In this document: in pieces, positions 26,402 to 34,356 of the stretch
How positions within the stretch are numbered: position 1 is the first letter of the stretch
Layout of the letters: each line of letters starts with the position of its first letter
Source of the DNA: Elusimicrobiota bacterium
GTDB taxonomy: Bacteria; Elusimicrobiota; Elusimicrobia; Elusimicrobiales; Elusimicrobiaceae
DNA: 64,000 nt
Assembly (NCBI GenBank): GCA_023398295.1
Contig: JAEWSL010000010.1
Span: forward strand, 2,268 to 66,267
Direction: 5' to 3'
The notes under the pieces: model-generated
What the model saw: only the letters and a program-made list of their open reading frames with translations
The model's database searches: none
What the model was told of the DNA's origin: nothing
Translations under genes and position numbers: made by a program

Positions 26402-27245
26402 ACTTTACCTCCACGCCGTATTTTTGTTTAAGAGAATTCAAATAGGCGTCCTGTTTTTGTTTTTCTAAAATTTGCTGTATCTTGTCTTTAGCCTGAGGAT
26501 AACTTAAGGCCTCTTCCCCTGTTTTCATTATTATATGAAATCCGTGCGCTGTTTTGAAGAACCCCTGCACCTGCATGACCGGCGTGTTGGCCGCGGCAAT
26601 TTCAATTTCGGCGATATATTCGCCGGGGATAAAAGGCTCCAGACGGCCGCCGTTATCTTTGGTAACGGGATCTATGGAAAATTTTTTCACCGCCTCTAAA
26701 AACCGCGCCTGAGAAGCGCCTTTTAACTGTTTTGTCAAATCTGCGGCAAGCTGCGCGTCTGTCACTAAAATCTGCAAAAGAGAAATTTGATAAGGATACT
26801 TTTTGTAATAGGCTTTTATTTCTTCTTCTGAAACGGAGGTTACTCCCTCTTTTTTAAGCTTCTCGCTTAGCATAGACAGCAGCATAAATTCTTTTGCCGC
26901 AGCAAAGTTTTGCTTAAGCTGTTCCTGTAAGTCATCTACCTGTTTTTGATAGCCTTCGTCCTTATCAAGCCCTTCGTTTTGCGCCTCTTTAAGAAAAAGC
27001 CTTTCGCTTATGATAAGGTCCAAAAAGTTATCCCTGCCGACGGGCGTTTTGATAAAAGAGGAGAAATCCTCATCTAAGTTCTGCGCCTTTTTATCAAAAT
27101 CTTCCTGGGTAATTTCTTCCCCCCCGACTTTGGCCAAAACCCCCGTTTCCGTCAAAGTTTGGGAGGAGTAGTCTTCCTCTCCCGCATTAGAACAGGCGCA
27201 CAAACATAAAACTGAAAAAAGAGAGATTAGAAAATATTTTGCCAT
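26388..27245 (-). CDS. PpiC/PrsA-type peptidyl-prolyl isomerase lipoprotein
   Basis: Lipobox LCLCAC and a parvulin signature FFKTAHGFHIIMK. 14-nt overlap with the downstream SurA-like gene. Confidence 0.75.
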   Translation of the reverse strand: MAKYFLISLFSVLCLCACSNAGEEDYSSQTLTETGVLAKVGGEEITQEDFDKKAQNLDEDFSSFIKTPVGRDNFLDLIISERLFLKEAQNEGLDKDEGYQKQVDDLQEQLKQNFAAAKEFMLLSMLSEKLKKEGVTSVSEEEIKAYYKKYPYQISLLQILVTDAQLAADLTKQLKGASQARFLEAVKKFSIDPVTKDNGGRLEPFIPGEYIAEIEIAAANTPVMQVQGFFKTAHGFHIIMKTGEEALSYPQAKDKIQQILEKQKQDAYLNSLKQKYGVEVKYESK

Positions 27246-27280
27246 ATGTTAAAGTTTAGCATTTTTACCAAAAATCCGCC

Positions 27281-28258
27281 TTACATATCCTCAAGTCTTG
27301 CTATTCTCTCCTCAACGGGGGGGTGCGTCGCGCCAAGGCCCATAAGCATGGAAAAACAGCCCGCCCCTTTACCGTCTTTGTCGGCGGAGGCGTCTTCAAT
27401 GCACATAGCCGACATCAAAGGCAGGGAGTCAAGACTTTCAACGCGGCTGTCGTGGCTGATTTTTGCAAGCGCGTTCGCCAGAGCGCGCGGATTTCTGGTC
27501 AGAAGAGCGGCCGTTGCGTCGGCCTGAAATTCCCTGTTGCGCGAAAGCGCGTACTGCACCAAAGGCAATATAAGAAACCCGTATACTAAAAATAAAATCC
27601 CCAGAGCCATAAAAATAAGCTGGATGCGGCCGCCGCCTTTTCTGCTCCTGCCGCCCGAGCTGGAGGACATAAAAGTCATTCTAAACATAAGCTGCCCCAA
27701 AAAGGTAAGTATTCCTATGCCGGTAACCGTTAAAAGCATAAGCCGTATGTCGCGATTGCCTATGTGCGACATTTCGTGAGCCGTAACGCCCTCCAGCTCG
27801 CTTCGGTCAAGCAGGGACACTATGCCTGTTGTGAAGGCTATGGAGGCCTTGGCGGGACTGCGGCCCGTTGCAAAAGCATTGGCGGAATTATCTTCAATGA
27901 GGAAAACGCGCGGTACGGGAAGACCGGCCGTAATCGCCGTGTTTTCAACGAGGCTGTAAAGCTCCGGAAAGTCTTGGCGGGAAATTTCTTTTGCGCCGGA
28001 GCTTGAAAGCATAATTTCATCTCCGCTGAAATAGCTTATAAGCAGCCAAAAAACGCCCGCGACAAAAACAAGCGGCAGATATTTAAACGCGATTGTCCGC
28101 GTTAAATCCCGAATGCTGTAGTGTATATCCGGATTATAAATCAGGCCGGCCACAACCCAAACCGACAGAAAAGCAAGCGACACTATCAGAACCAAAAAGG
28201 CAAAAACCAACAGCACGGTTCTTACGTTATTTTCCTTAATGTGGTCGTATATGGTCAT
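27281..28258 (-). CDS. htpX: M48-family zinc metalloprotease HtpX
   Basis: Four TM segments and the HEXXH motif (VTAHEMSHIGNRD). Paired with lemA, as is commonly seen. Confidence 0.85.
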   Translation of the reverse strand: MTIYDHIKENNVRTVLLVFAFLVLIVSLAFLSVWVVAGLIYNPDIHYSIRDLTRTIAFKYLPLVFVAGVFWLLISYFSGDEIMLSSSGAKEISRQDFPELYSLVENTAITAGLPVPRVFLIEDNSANAFATGRSPAKASIAFTTGIVSLLDRSELEGVTAHEMSHIGNRDIRLMLLTVTGIGILTFLGQLMFRMTFMSSSSGGRSRKGGGRIQLIFMALGILFLVYGFLILPLVQYALSRNREFQADATAALLTRNPRALANALAKISHDSRVESLDSLPLMSAMCIEDASADKDGKGAGCFSMLMGLGATHPPVEERIARLEDM

Positions 28259-28282
28259 TTGCTTGACGCAGTCTTATATAAT

Positions 28283-28852
28283 TTAGAACTTGACTGCTAC
28301 GGGTTTTTTAGCGGCCTCGGCCTCGCTCTCATCAAGTTCAAAAAATTCCTGCATGGAAAAATTAAAATGCTTTGCAATTATATTGCTGGGGAACATTTCA
28401 ATTTTATTGTTTAGAGCCAGAACATTGGTATTGTAGAAACGGCGGGAGGCTTTTATGCGGTCCTCCGTATCGGTAAGCTCAAACTGGAGTTTCATAAAAT
28501 TCTCGTTTGCTTTAAGCTGCGGATAATTTTCGCTTAAAGCAAAGAGACTCTTTAACGTACCGCTTAAAATATTTTCGGCGGCGGCCTGCTCTTTGGGAGA
28601 GCCGTGCGTATCCATCGCCATATTGCGCGCCTGTATAACCTTTTCCAGCGTTCCGCTTTCGTGCGCGGCGTAGCCCTTTACGGTTTCCACTAAATTGGGT
28701 ATTAAATCATAGCGGCGTTTCATCTGCACCTCAATGTCGCTCCACGCCTCTTTAACGCGATTCTTCAAAACTATTAAATCATTATAGGCCGCAACTGCGT
28801 AAATGCCTAAACCTAAAACTATCAGTACTATCAACGACAAAAATATAGCCAT
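28283..28852 (-). CDS. lemA: LemA family protein
   Basis: A single N-terminal TM helix and LemA motifs (AYNDLIVLKNRVKEAWSDIEVQMKRRYDLIPNLV, ENYPQLKANENF, RRFYN). Confidence 0.9.
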   Translation of the reverse strand: MAIFLSLIVLIVLGLGIYAVAAYNDLIVLKNRVKEAWSDIEVQMKRRYDLIPNLVETVKGYAAHESGTLEKVIQARNMAMDTHGSPKEQAAAENILSGTLKSLFALSENYPQLKANENFMKLQFELTDTEDRIKASRRFYNTNVLALNNKIEMFPSNIIAKHFNFSMQEFFELDESEAEAAKKPVAVKF

Positions 28853-29025
28853 ACATCCTCCTGTCAGTTCTTTCTTACATTTAACAATATTTTTTTAACG
28901 TTTGCACAAACTTTCGCAAGAAAAGCGCGCACTCTTTGCTTTTGCGCAAAACGCGTATAAAAGCCTATTTCCCGTCCTGCGCATAAAGTAGTATAATATT
29001 AAAATAATTAAAGAGGTGTCCCCTT

Positions 29026-30078
29026 ATGAAAAAACTTGACGGACAGAAACTTGCCATTCTAAACAAAATACTGAAAAATAATAAGCTGGACGGCATAGTT
29101 ATCTCGGACCCCGCGGACAGACAGTACCTGGTCGGAGAAATCTTTGTATCAGACGAGGCCATTATTCTCTTTCATAAAAAAGGCGTTTATATTACCTCGC
29201 GCAGTCTTTATGTGCCGGTAGTCCGCGCCAGATATCCAGAAATAGAAATTGACGCCTGCGATGAAAACCGCCACCTCCAAATAATAAAAAAAGCAGAGGA
29301 GCTTAAACTCAAAAAAGTAGGCTTTGATTTGGGAAAAGAATCTTACCTCGCAGGTAAAACTTACAAGGAAAACGGCTTCGTTGAAACACCCTCCCTGATA
29401 GCGCAGGCAAGAATTTCCAAAACAAAAGGAGAACTCCGGCGCATGGCCGCAGCCGCCCAAGCCGCTTACGGCGCAATGGAACATATAAAATCCGTCCTTG
29501 AAGTCGGCATGACGGAGCTTGAGGCCGCCATGGAACTTGAAAAATTTATGAAACAGCAGGGGGCAAAATCCTTCCCGTTTAACGCTATAGTAGCCTTCGG
29601 CCCAAACAGCGCAAGCCCGCATCACGTAACCGGCTCCGATAAACTTAAAAAGAATATGGTCGTGCTTATGGACTACGGCTGCGTGATAAACGGTTATTCC
29701 TCCGATATTACGCGCACTTTTTGGTTCGGGGACAAAGAACCTTGCGAATTTACTAAAATTTTCAATATCGTTAAAGGCGCGCATGACGAAGTCGTAAAAA
29801 AAGCCAGATACGCAATGACCGGGGCGCAAATTGATAATATTGCGCGGAAATATATTTCAAAGTACGGCTACGGGCAATATTTCACGCACGGCGTCGGACA
29901 CGGCGTCGGCATGGAGAATCACGAGGAAGCATATATAAATCAGCAGAACAGAACCAAGAAAATCCTTGACAATTATTGCTTCAGCGTGGAACCGGGCATT
30001 TATCTTGAAGGCAGCTTCGGCGTACGCTATGAAGACTGCTTTTATATGACTAAAAAAGGAATTAAAATAATAAAATAA
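29026..30078 (+). CDS. M24-family Xaa-Pro aminopeptidase/dipeptidase (copy 1)
   Basis: Creatinase-like N-terminal domain plus the pita-bread fold, with metal ligands in DYGCVINGYSSDITRT, HGVGHGVG, FSVEPGIY and VRYEDCF. AAGAGG RBS. Confidence 0.85.
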   Translation: MKKLDGQKLAILNKILKNNKLDGIVISDPADRQYLVGEIFVSDEAIILFHKKGVYITSRSLYVPVVRARYPEIEIDACDENRHLQIIKKAEELKLKKVGFDLGKESYLAGKTYKENGFVETPSLIAQARISKTKGELRRMAAAAQAAYGAMEHIKSVLEVGMTELEAAMELEKFMKQQGAKSFPFNAIVAFGPNSASPHHVTGSDKLKKNMVVLMDYGCVINGYSSDITRTFWFGDKEPCEFTKIFNIVKGAHDEVVKKARYAMTGAQIDNIARKYISKYGYGQYFTHGVGHGVGMENHEEAYINQQNRTKKILDNYCFSVEPGIYLEGSFGVRYEDCFYMTKKGIKIIK

Positions 30079-31145
30079 TGAAAATAAATCCCCAAAAACT
30101 GAATAACTTTCGGGCCCTGCTTAAAAAAAGAGGGTTTGAGGGTTTTGCCGTAACAGACGCCCAAAGCATAAATTTTATTACGGACTTTTTCTTCAGCGGG
30201 CCGCGCGACGCTTTGCTTTTAATTACGCAGAAAAAAGCTTATTGCTTTACAAAACCGCTTTACATAATTGACCTTAAAAAAAGCGCGCCGCAGCTTACTC
30301 TAATTAACAGCCTTGACGCGCGCGATATAGTAAAAAAAGCAAAGGAACTTAAGCTTAAAAAATGCGCCTTTGATTCCCTTCAGGTAACTTTTGCCGATGG
30401 GGATATCCTCAAAAAAGGCGGTTTTACGCCTAAAGAAAATTTTTTACTGTACTCCCGCGCGGTAAAAACCCCGTGCGAGATTGCGAAAATCAAAAAGGCC
30501 TGCGCTATTTCAGCCGCGGCGTACGAAGAATTCAAAACCTGGCTTAAAAGCGGCGTAAGCGAAATTGAGGCCGCTAAAAAAATAGAAGAACTGATGGCAA
30601 AACGCGGCGGCAGGGACCTTGCTTTTGAAACTATAGCCGCCTTCGGCAAAAACACCGCAAACCCTCATCACGCGCCGTCAAAAAATAGGCTTAAGAAAAA
30701 TCAGCCCGTTTTGATTGACTACGGCTGCAGATACGACGGCTACTGTTCCGATATTACGCGCACATTTTGGTTTGGGGATAAATGTCCCGAGGATTTTTGC
30801 GACGCTTTGCAAACGGTGCAAAAATCTTACGAAGCGGCCCTCAAAGCGGTTAAACCGGAGATGAAAGCCTCCGCCGCGGATAAAATTTGCAGAGATTTTT
30901 TTGAAAGTCAAAAAAAAGGTCTTTCAAAATATTTCATACACAGCACGGGCCATTCCTTGGGCGCGCTGATACACGAGCGCCCTTTGCTCTCGTCCGTAAG
31001 CCCCGACGTGTTGGAGGAAAATAACGTTTTCTCCATAGAACCGGGCCTCTATTTTGAAAATAAGTTCGGCGTTAGGTGGGAGGATACGGTCCTGCTCACA
31101 AAAAACGGCGCTGAAATTTTAACAAAATCTAAAAAAGCAGTTTAG
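30078..31145 (+). CDS. M24-family Xaa-Pro aminopeptidase/dipeptidase (copy 2, tandem paralog)
   Basis: Same architecture and ligand motifs as copy 1 (DYGCRYDGYCSDITRTFWFGDK, HSTGHSLG, FSIEPGLY, VRWEDTV). The start overlaps the stop of copy 1 by one base (TAATG). Confidence 0.85.
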   Translation: MKINPQKLNNFRALLKKRGFEGFAVTDAQSINFITDFFFSGPRDALLLITQKKAYCFTKPLYIIDLKKSAPQLTLINSLDARDIVKKAKELKLKKCAFDSLQVTFADGDILKKGGFTPKENFLLYSRAVKTPCEIAKIKKACAISAAAYEEFKTWLKSGVSEIEAAKKIEELMAKRGGRDLAFETIAAFGKNTANPHHAPSKNRLKKNQPVLIDYGCRYDGYCSDITRTFWFGDKCPEDFCDALQTVQKSYEAALKAVKPEMKASAADKICRDFFESQKKGLSKYFIHSTGHSLGALIHERPLLSSVSPDVLEENNVFSIEPGLYFENKFGVRWEDTVLLTKNGAEILTKSKKAV

Positions 31146-31158
31146 GAGAACAGTTACT

Positions 31159-31725
31159 ATGATAGGAACGCCTGATTTCAGGGAAGGTTTAATTTTTGAA
31201 AACGAAAAGGGGGAATTGGTTGAAATAATTGAGTATCAGCATCACCGCAAAAGCCAGGCAAGAGCCGTCGTGCGCGTAAAACTTAGAAACTTAAACACGG
31301 GCTCAATTATTGAAAGCAGTTACCGCCCCGAAGATAAATTTAAGGAAGTCAATATAGAAAAACGCCCGCATAATTTTATTTATAAAGAGGGCGATATGTA
31401 CTACTTTATGGACGCCCAAACCTACGAGCAAATCGGAGTGCCCTCCGATAAAATGGGTCATCAGAGCAAATATCTTGTTGATAATATGGAGGCCATAGGC
31501 CTTTTTATTGACGGCAAACTTTTTAATATAGAGCTGCCCGTTAAGGTGGATTTGAAAGTGGCTTCCACCGTCCCGGGAGTAAGAGGCGATACTGTATCTA
31601 ACCTCACAAAGCCGGCAACGCTTGAGTCCGGCCTGGAAATTAAAGTGCCCCTTTTTATCAACGAGGGGGATAAAATCCGCATTGACACCAGAACGGATAC
31701 TTATGTTGAAAGGGTTAACGATTAA
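31159..31725 (+). CDS. efp: translation elongation factor P
   Basis: 188 aa with the KOW-like domain I. HRKSQARAVVRVKLRNLNTGS is in the position of the modified-residue loop region. OB domains II and III are present (VPLFINEGDKIRIDTRTDTYVERV). Confidence 0.95.
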   Translation: MIGTPDFREGLIFENEKGELVEIIEYQHHRKSQARAVVRVKLRNLNTGSIIESSYRPEDKFKEVNIEKRPHNFIYKEGDMYYFMDAQTYEQIGVPSDKMGHQSKYLVDNMEAIGLFIDGKLFNIELPVKVDLKVASTVPGVRGDTVSNLTKPATLESGLEIKVPLFINEGDKIRIDTRTDTYVERVND

Positions 31726-32239
31726 AAACTTTTTTGCTTTGTCCCTCTTCCTCTTTTTCTGCGCGCGCTGCGCCTGCGCGCTTGAAATAACTTCTTTTGA
31801 AAAAGAGGACGACGGCGAAGCTTCCGTAGTGTTTTGCTCAAACATAAAAGTGCTTAATATCGGTTTTGAGCAATCATCCTACGGCAGCGCGGTTATTATG
31901 CCAAGAGAACTGGGCGGTTATAAAAATATAATTATGCCGTCTGAAACTTTGGCAAAAAACATTGAACAATGTTTTTTGGGCAAATGCAAGAAAATTAAAA
32001 AATGCCAAAACGAAGTAAAACTCTCCATCGTTAAAACAAAAGAAACTTTAGGCAGGCAGCTGCTGGTGGACGTTTCTTTTGACGACGAACTTATAGCAAC
32101 CTTCTTCGTGACAAAATATATGCGCGGGCAGGATACTGTGCTGCGCGTTAAACCGCCGCAGGACCTTAAAATTACGGATAAAAAATATAAAGCTTTGGTA
32201 AGAAATTTTATCATCGCAAAAGTTACGGATTTAATGTGA
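31703..32239 (+). CDS. hypothetical secreted protein with an internal duplication (SpoVG-like pattern, tentative)
   Basis: The ATG at 31703 gives MLKGLTIKNFFALSLFLFFCARCACA, a signal peptide. The ORF-track start at 31622 would overlap efp by 104 nt. The two halves (LEITSFEKEDDGEASVVF... and VKLSIVKTKETLGRQLLVDVSF...) have the same hydrophobic pattern. Confidence 0.55.
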   Translation: MLKGLTIKNFFALSLFLFFCARCACALEITSFEKEDDGEASVVFCSNIKVLNIGFEQSSYGSAVIMPRELGGYKNIIMPSETLAKNIEQCFLGKCKKIKKCQNEVKLSIVKTKETLGRQLLVDVSFDDELIATFFVTKYMRGQDTVLRVKPPQDLKITDKKYKALVRNFIIAKVTDLM

Positions 32240-32577
32240 AATGCATAAATAAAACAAACGGCAAAACGCTGGCGCAGAATGTAGAGATTAGGGCCTCCTT
32301 CTTAGGACGGCTTATAGGGCTGCTGGGAAAAAAGGGGCTTAAAGAGGGCTGCGCCATCGTCTTAAAACCCTGCACGCAGATACACACTTTTTTTATGCTC
32401 TTTGCCATTGACGCCATTTTTATTTCGCGGGATTTTGAAGTTTTGCTGGTAATAGAAAATATGAAGCCGTGGCGGGTAAGCCCGTTTTTGATGAAAGCGG
32501 TCTATACCCTTGAAGCCGCCGGCGGAACGCTTAAAGATAAAGTCAAGACAGGCGACAAAATAACTTTTGAAAATTAA
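32236..32577 (+). CDS. DUF192 domain protein
   Basis: RASFLGRLIGLLGKKGLKEGCAIVLKPCTQIHTFFMLFAIDAIFISRDFEVL fits the DUF192 (COG1430) pattern. GTG start overlaps the upstream stop (GTGA). Confidence 0.65.
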   Translation: MKCINKTNGKTLAQNVEIRASFLGRLIGLLGKKGLKEGCAIVLKPCTQIHTFFMLFAIDAIFISRDFEVLLVIENMKPWRVSPFLMKAVYTLEAAGGTLKDKVKTGDKITFEN

Positions 32578-32588
32578 GAGGTGCTTTT

Positions 32589-33317
32589 ATGAAAAAAATT
32601 ATTTGCTTTGCATTTTTCCTTTCTCTTGCGGGCGCGGCTTTTGCCGAAACCTATACCTTTGACGACTTTCAAACGCATATAACGCGCGACAATTTGGAAG
32701 CTTTTGCAAAAGACGCCGGCGGGCTTTTGGGCTCGGGCGTCTTCAGCACGGGAAGAATTTTGGGATGGGGCGGTTTCCAGCTGGCCGTAAAAGGCGCCTA
32801 TATGCCAAAGCCTTCAGACAAAAACACCGCGCTTGGCTCGGATAAAAAAGAAATGTTCTATCCTTTTATACAAGGCGAAATTGGCCTGCCTTTCAGACTG
32901 GACGGGTTTATAAGAGCCTCTTCCTGGGACGGCCTTACGCTCGCCGGAGGCGGCCTAAAATGGGGTATTGTCCGCCCTCAGGATACGCTTTATACCTTCC
33001 AGCCTATGCTTACCGTAATGGCGCAAAACGGAGTGCATAAGGCCTTTTCTCTTACGCAGTACAGCGCAAATTTTGTGCTCTCTTTCAAGCTGCCTTACGT
33101 AGTGCCCTATATCGGCGCGGGGGCGGATATAACTAAGGTTACCGTTGAAAGTTGTCAAAGCGATCCGACGCTTGTGGGCGAGCGCAAAAGCGTAACGACG
33201 CCGCGCGCCACTTTAGGCTTAAACGTCAAATTGCCCTCGTATATTGATTTGAGCGTGGCGGCCAATTACGTAAATTACGGCATAGGGGGAGAAGCTTCCC
33301 TGGGCGTACGCTTTTAA
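32589..33317 (+). CDS. hypothetical outer-membrane beta-barrel protein
   Basis: Signal peptide (FFLSLAGAAFA), alternating amphipathic beta-strand pattern, and a C-terminal aromatic terminus (...LGVRF). AGAGGTG RBS. Confidence 0.6.
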   Translation: MKKIICFAFFLSLAGAAFAETYTFDDFQTHITRDNLEAFAKDAGGLLGSGVFSTGRILGWGGFQLAVKGAYMPKPSDKNTALGSDKKEMFYPFIQGEIGLPFRLDGFIRASSWDGLTLAGGGLKWGIVRPQDTLYTFQPMLTVMAQNGVHKAFSLTQYSANFVLSFKLPYVVPYIGAGADITKVTVESCQSDPTLVGERKSVTTPRATLGLNVKLPSYIDLSVAANYVNYGIGGEASLGVRF

Positions 33318-33318
33318 T

Positions 33319-33783
33319 ATGCAAAAATATTTCCGTTACAAAACCAAAATTGGCTGGATTTATATAATTTCCGACGAGCGCGGTATTGCCGCCGTGTCCT
33401 TAAACAAGCTGCCAAAAGGTTTTGAGGGAATTGAAGAAGAAACTTATCTCTCCGACCAATGCGCGCAGGAATTGCAGGAATATATTGACGGTAAAAGAAA
33501 AGTTTTTACCGTGCCTCTGTCTTTCAAAGGAACCGCTTTTCAAGATAAAGTTTGGCAGGAACTTTGCAAAATTCCATACGGCCAAACCAAAACTTATGGG
33601 CAAATTGCGGCGGCCGCGGGCAATAAAAAAGGCGCGCGCGCAGTTGGCGGGGCCTGCAATAAAAATCCGCTTATGATAATTGTTCCGTGTCACCGCGTTG
33701 TGGGGACGGACGGCAAGCTTACGGGATATGCCCTCGGCCTTAAACTGAAAAAACAATTGCTTAAATTAGAAACCCCCGAATAA
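33319..33783 (+). CDS. ogt: methylated-DNA--protein-cysteine methyltransferase
   Basis: Active-site motif IVPCHRVV, the HTH segment YGQTKTYGQIA, and GYALGLKLKKQLL at the C-terminus. Confidence 0.9.
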   Translation: MQKYFRYKTKIGWIYIISDERGIAAVSLNKLPKGFEGIEEETYLSDQCAQELQEYIDGKRKVFTVPLSFKGTAFQDKVWQELCKIPYGQTKTYGQIAAAAGNKKGARAVGGACNKNPLMIIVPCHRVVGTDGKLTGYALGLKLKKQLLKLETPE

Positions 33784-33788
33784 CAAAA

Positions 33789-34347
33789 CAACGTCATATG
33801 GTGTTAACGGCAGATATATCAGGCGCACAATTTCCCCTTCTTTTGGTTGTGCGCTTGGGCGCACGCTCAACAAATTAGCTATTGTCCGCAAACTACAAGC
33901 TTCACTTCTTAGGTTTAACAGCAGGAACTACAACGGAATAATTGAAGATTGCTTCAGAGCGCTCCTCACGATACAACCGTTCGTCACCTCGCGCAATGAC
34001 GACCTTAATTGATAAGGGCAATAATGCGCGGCGAAGACGCGCATGCCGTTCGTTAAACGCTTATTTGTAATACCTTGTGTGATTTTTTGATTTTGGATGT
34101 ATTTTTGATTTTTACGGAGCGCAGCGTACCAACGAAGAAGGGAGCAAAGCGACAACTCGGTACCAGAGAGCGTAGAGCACTAATCTTGCGTCCGCGCTGC
34201 CAAAGAACTTTTTAGTAAATTCTTTTTATTTTTTTTGTACGGGGATAGTAAGAGCTATCCTCTAGAAAAAATCAAAAATAGCCCAAAAGCAGGAAATTGT
34301 TCACCTGATATATCTGCCCCTAACACCAAATCGCCGTTAGCCGTTGG
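33789..34347. mobile_element. MITE-like nested inverted-repeat element, full-length copy C
   Basis: AACGTCATATGGTGTTAACGGCAGATATATCAGGCGCACAATTTCC at the left is inverted at the right as GGAAATTGTTCACCTGATATATCTGCCCCTAACACCAAATCGCCGTT. An inner inverted pair (GTATTTTTGATTTTT / AAAAAATCAAAAATAGC) is present. Modules are shared with copies A, B and D. Lies between the convergent genes ogt and the Pmp-like gene. Confidence 0.6.
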
Positions 34348-34356
34348 AGAGAGAGT

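Noticed and set aside
31622-31702. Upstream extension of the ORF after efp (the ORF track starts it at 31622)
   Set aside because: It would overlap efp by 104 nt and prepend 27 non-hydrophobic residues to an otherwise textbook signal peptide. The ATG at 31703 is the sensible start.
33928-34155. 75-aa minus-strand ORF inside repeat copy C (and the ORF at 57557-57763 inside copy D)
   Set aside because: The homologous segments of C and D differ by indels of non-multiple-of-three length (for example 26 nt versus 40 nt between conserved flanks). No common reading frame is preserved, so the conservation is at the nucleotide or structure level.
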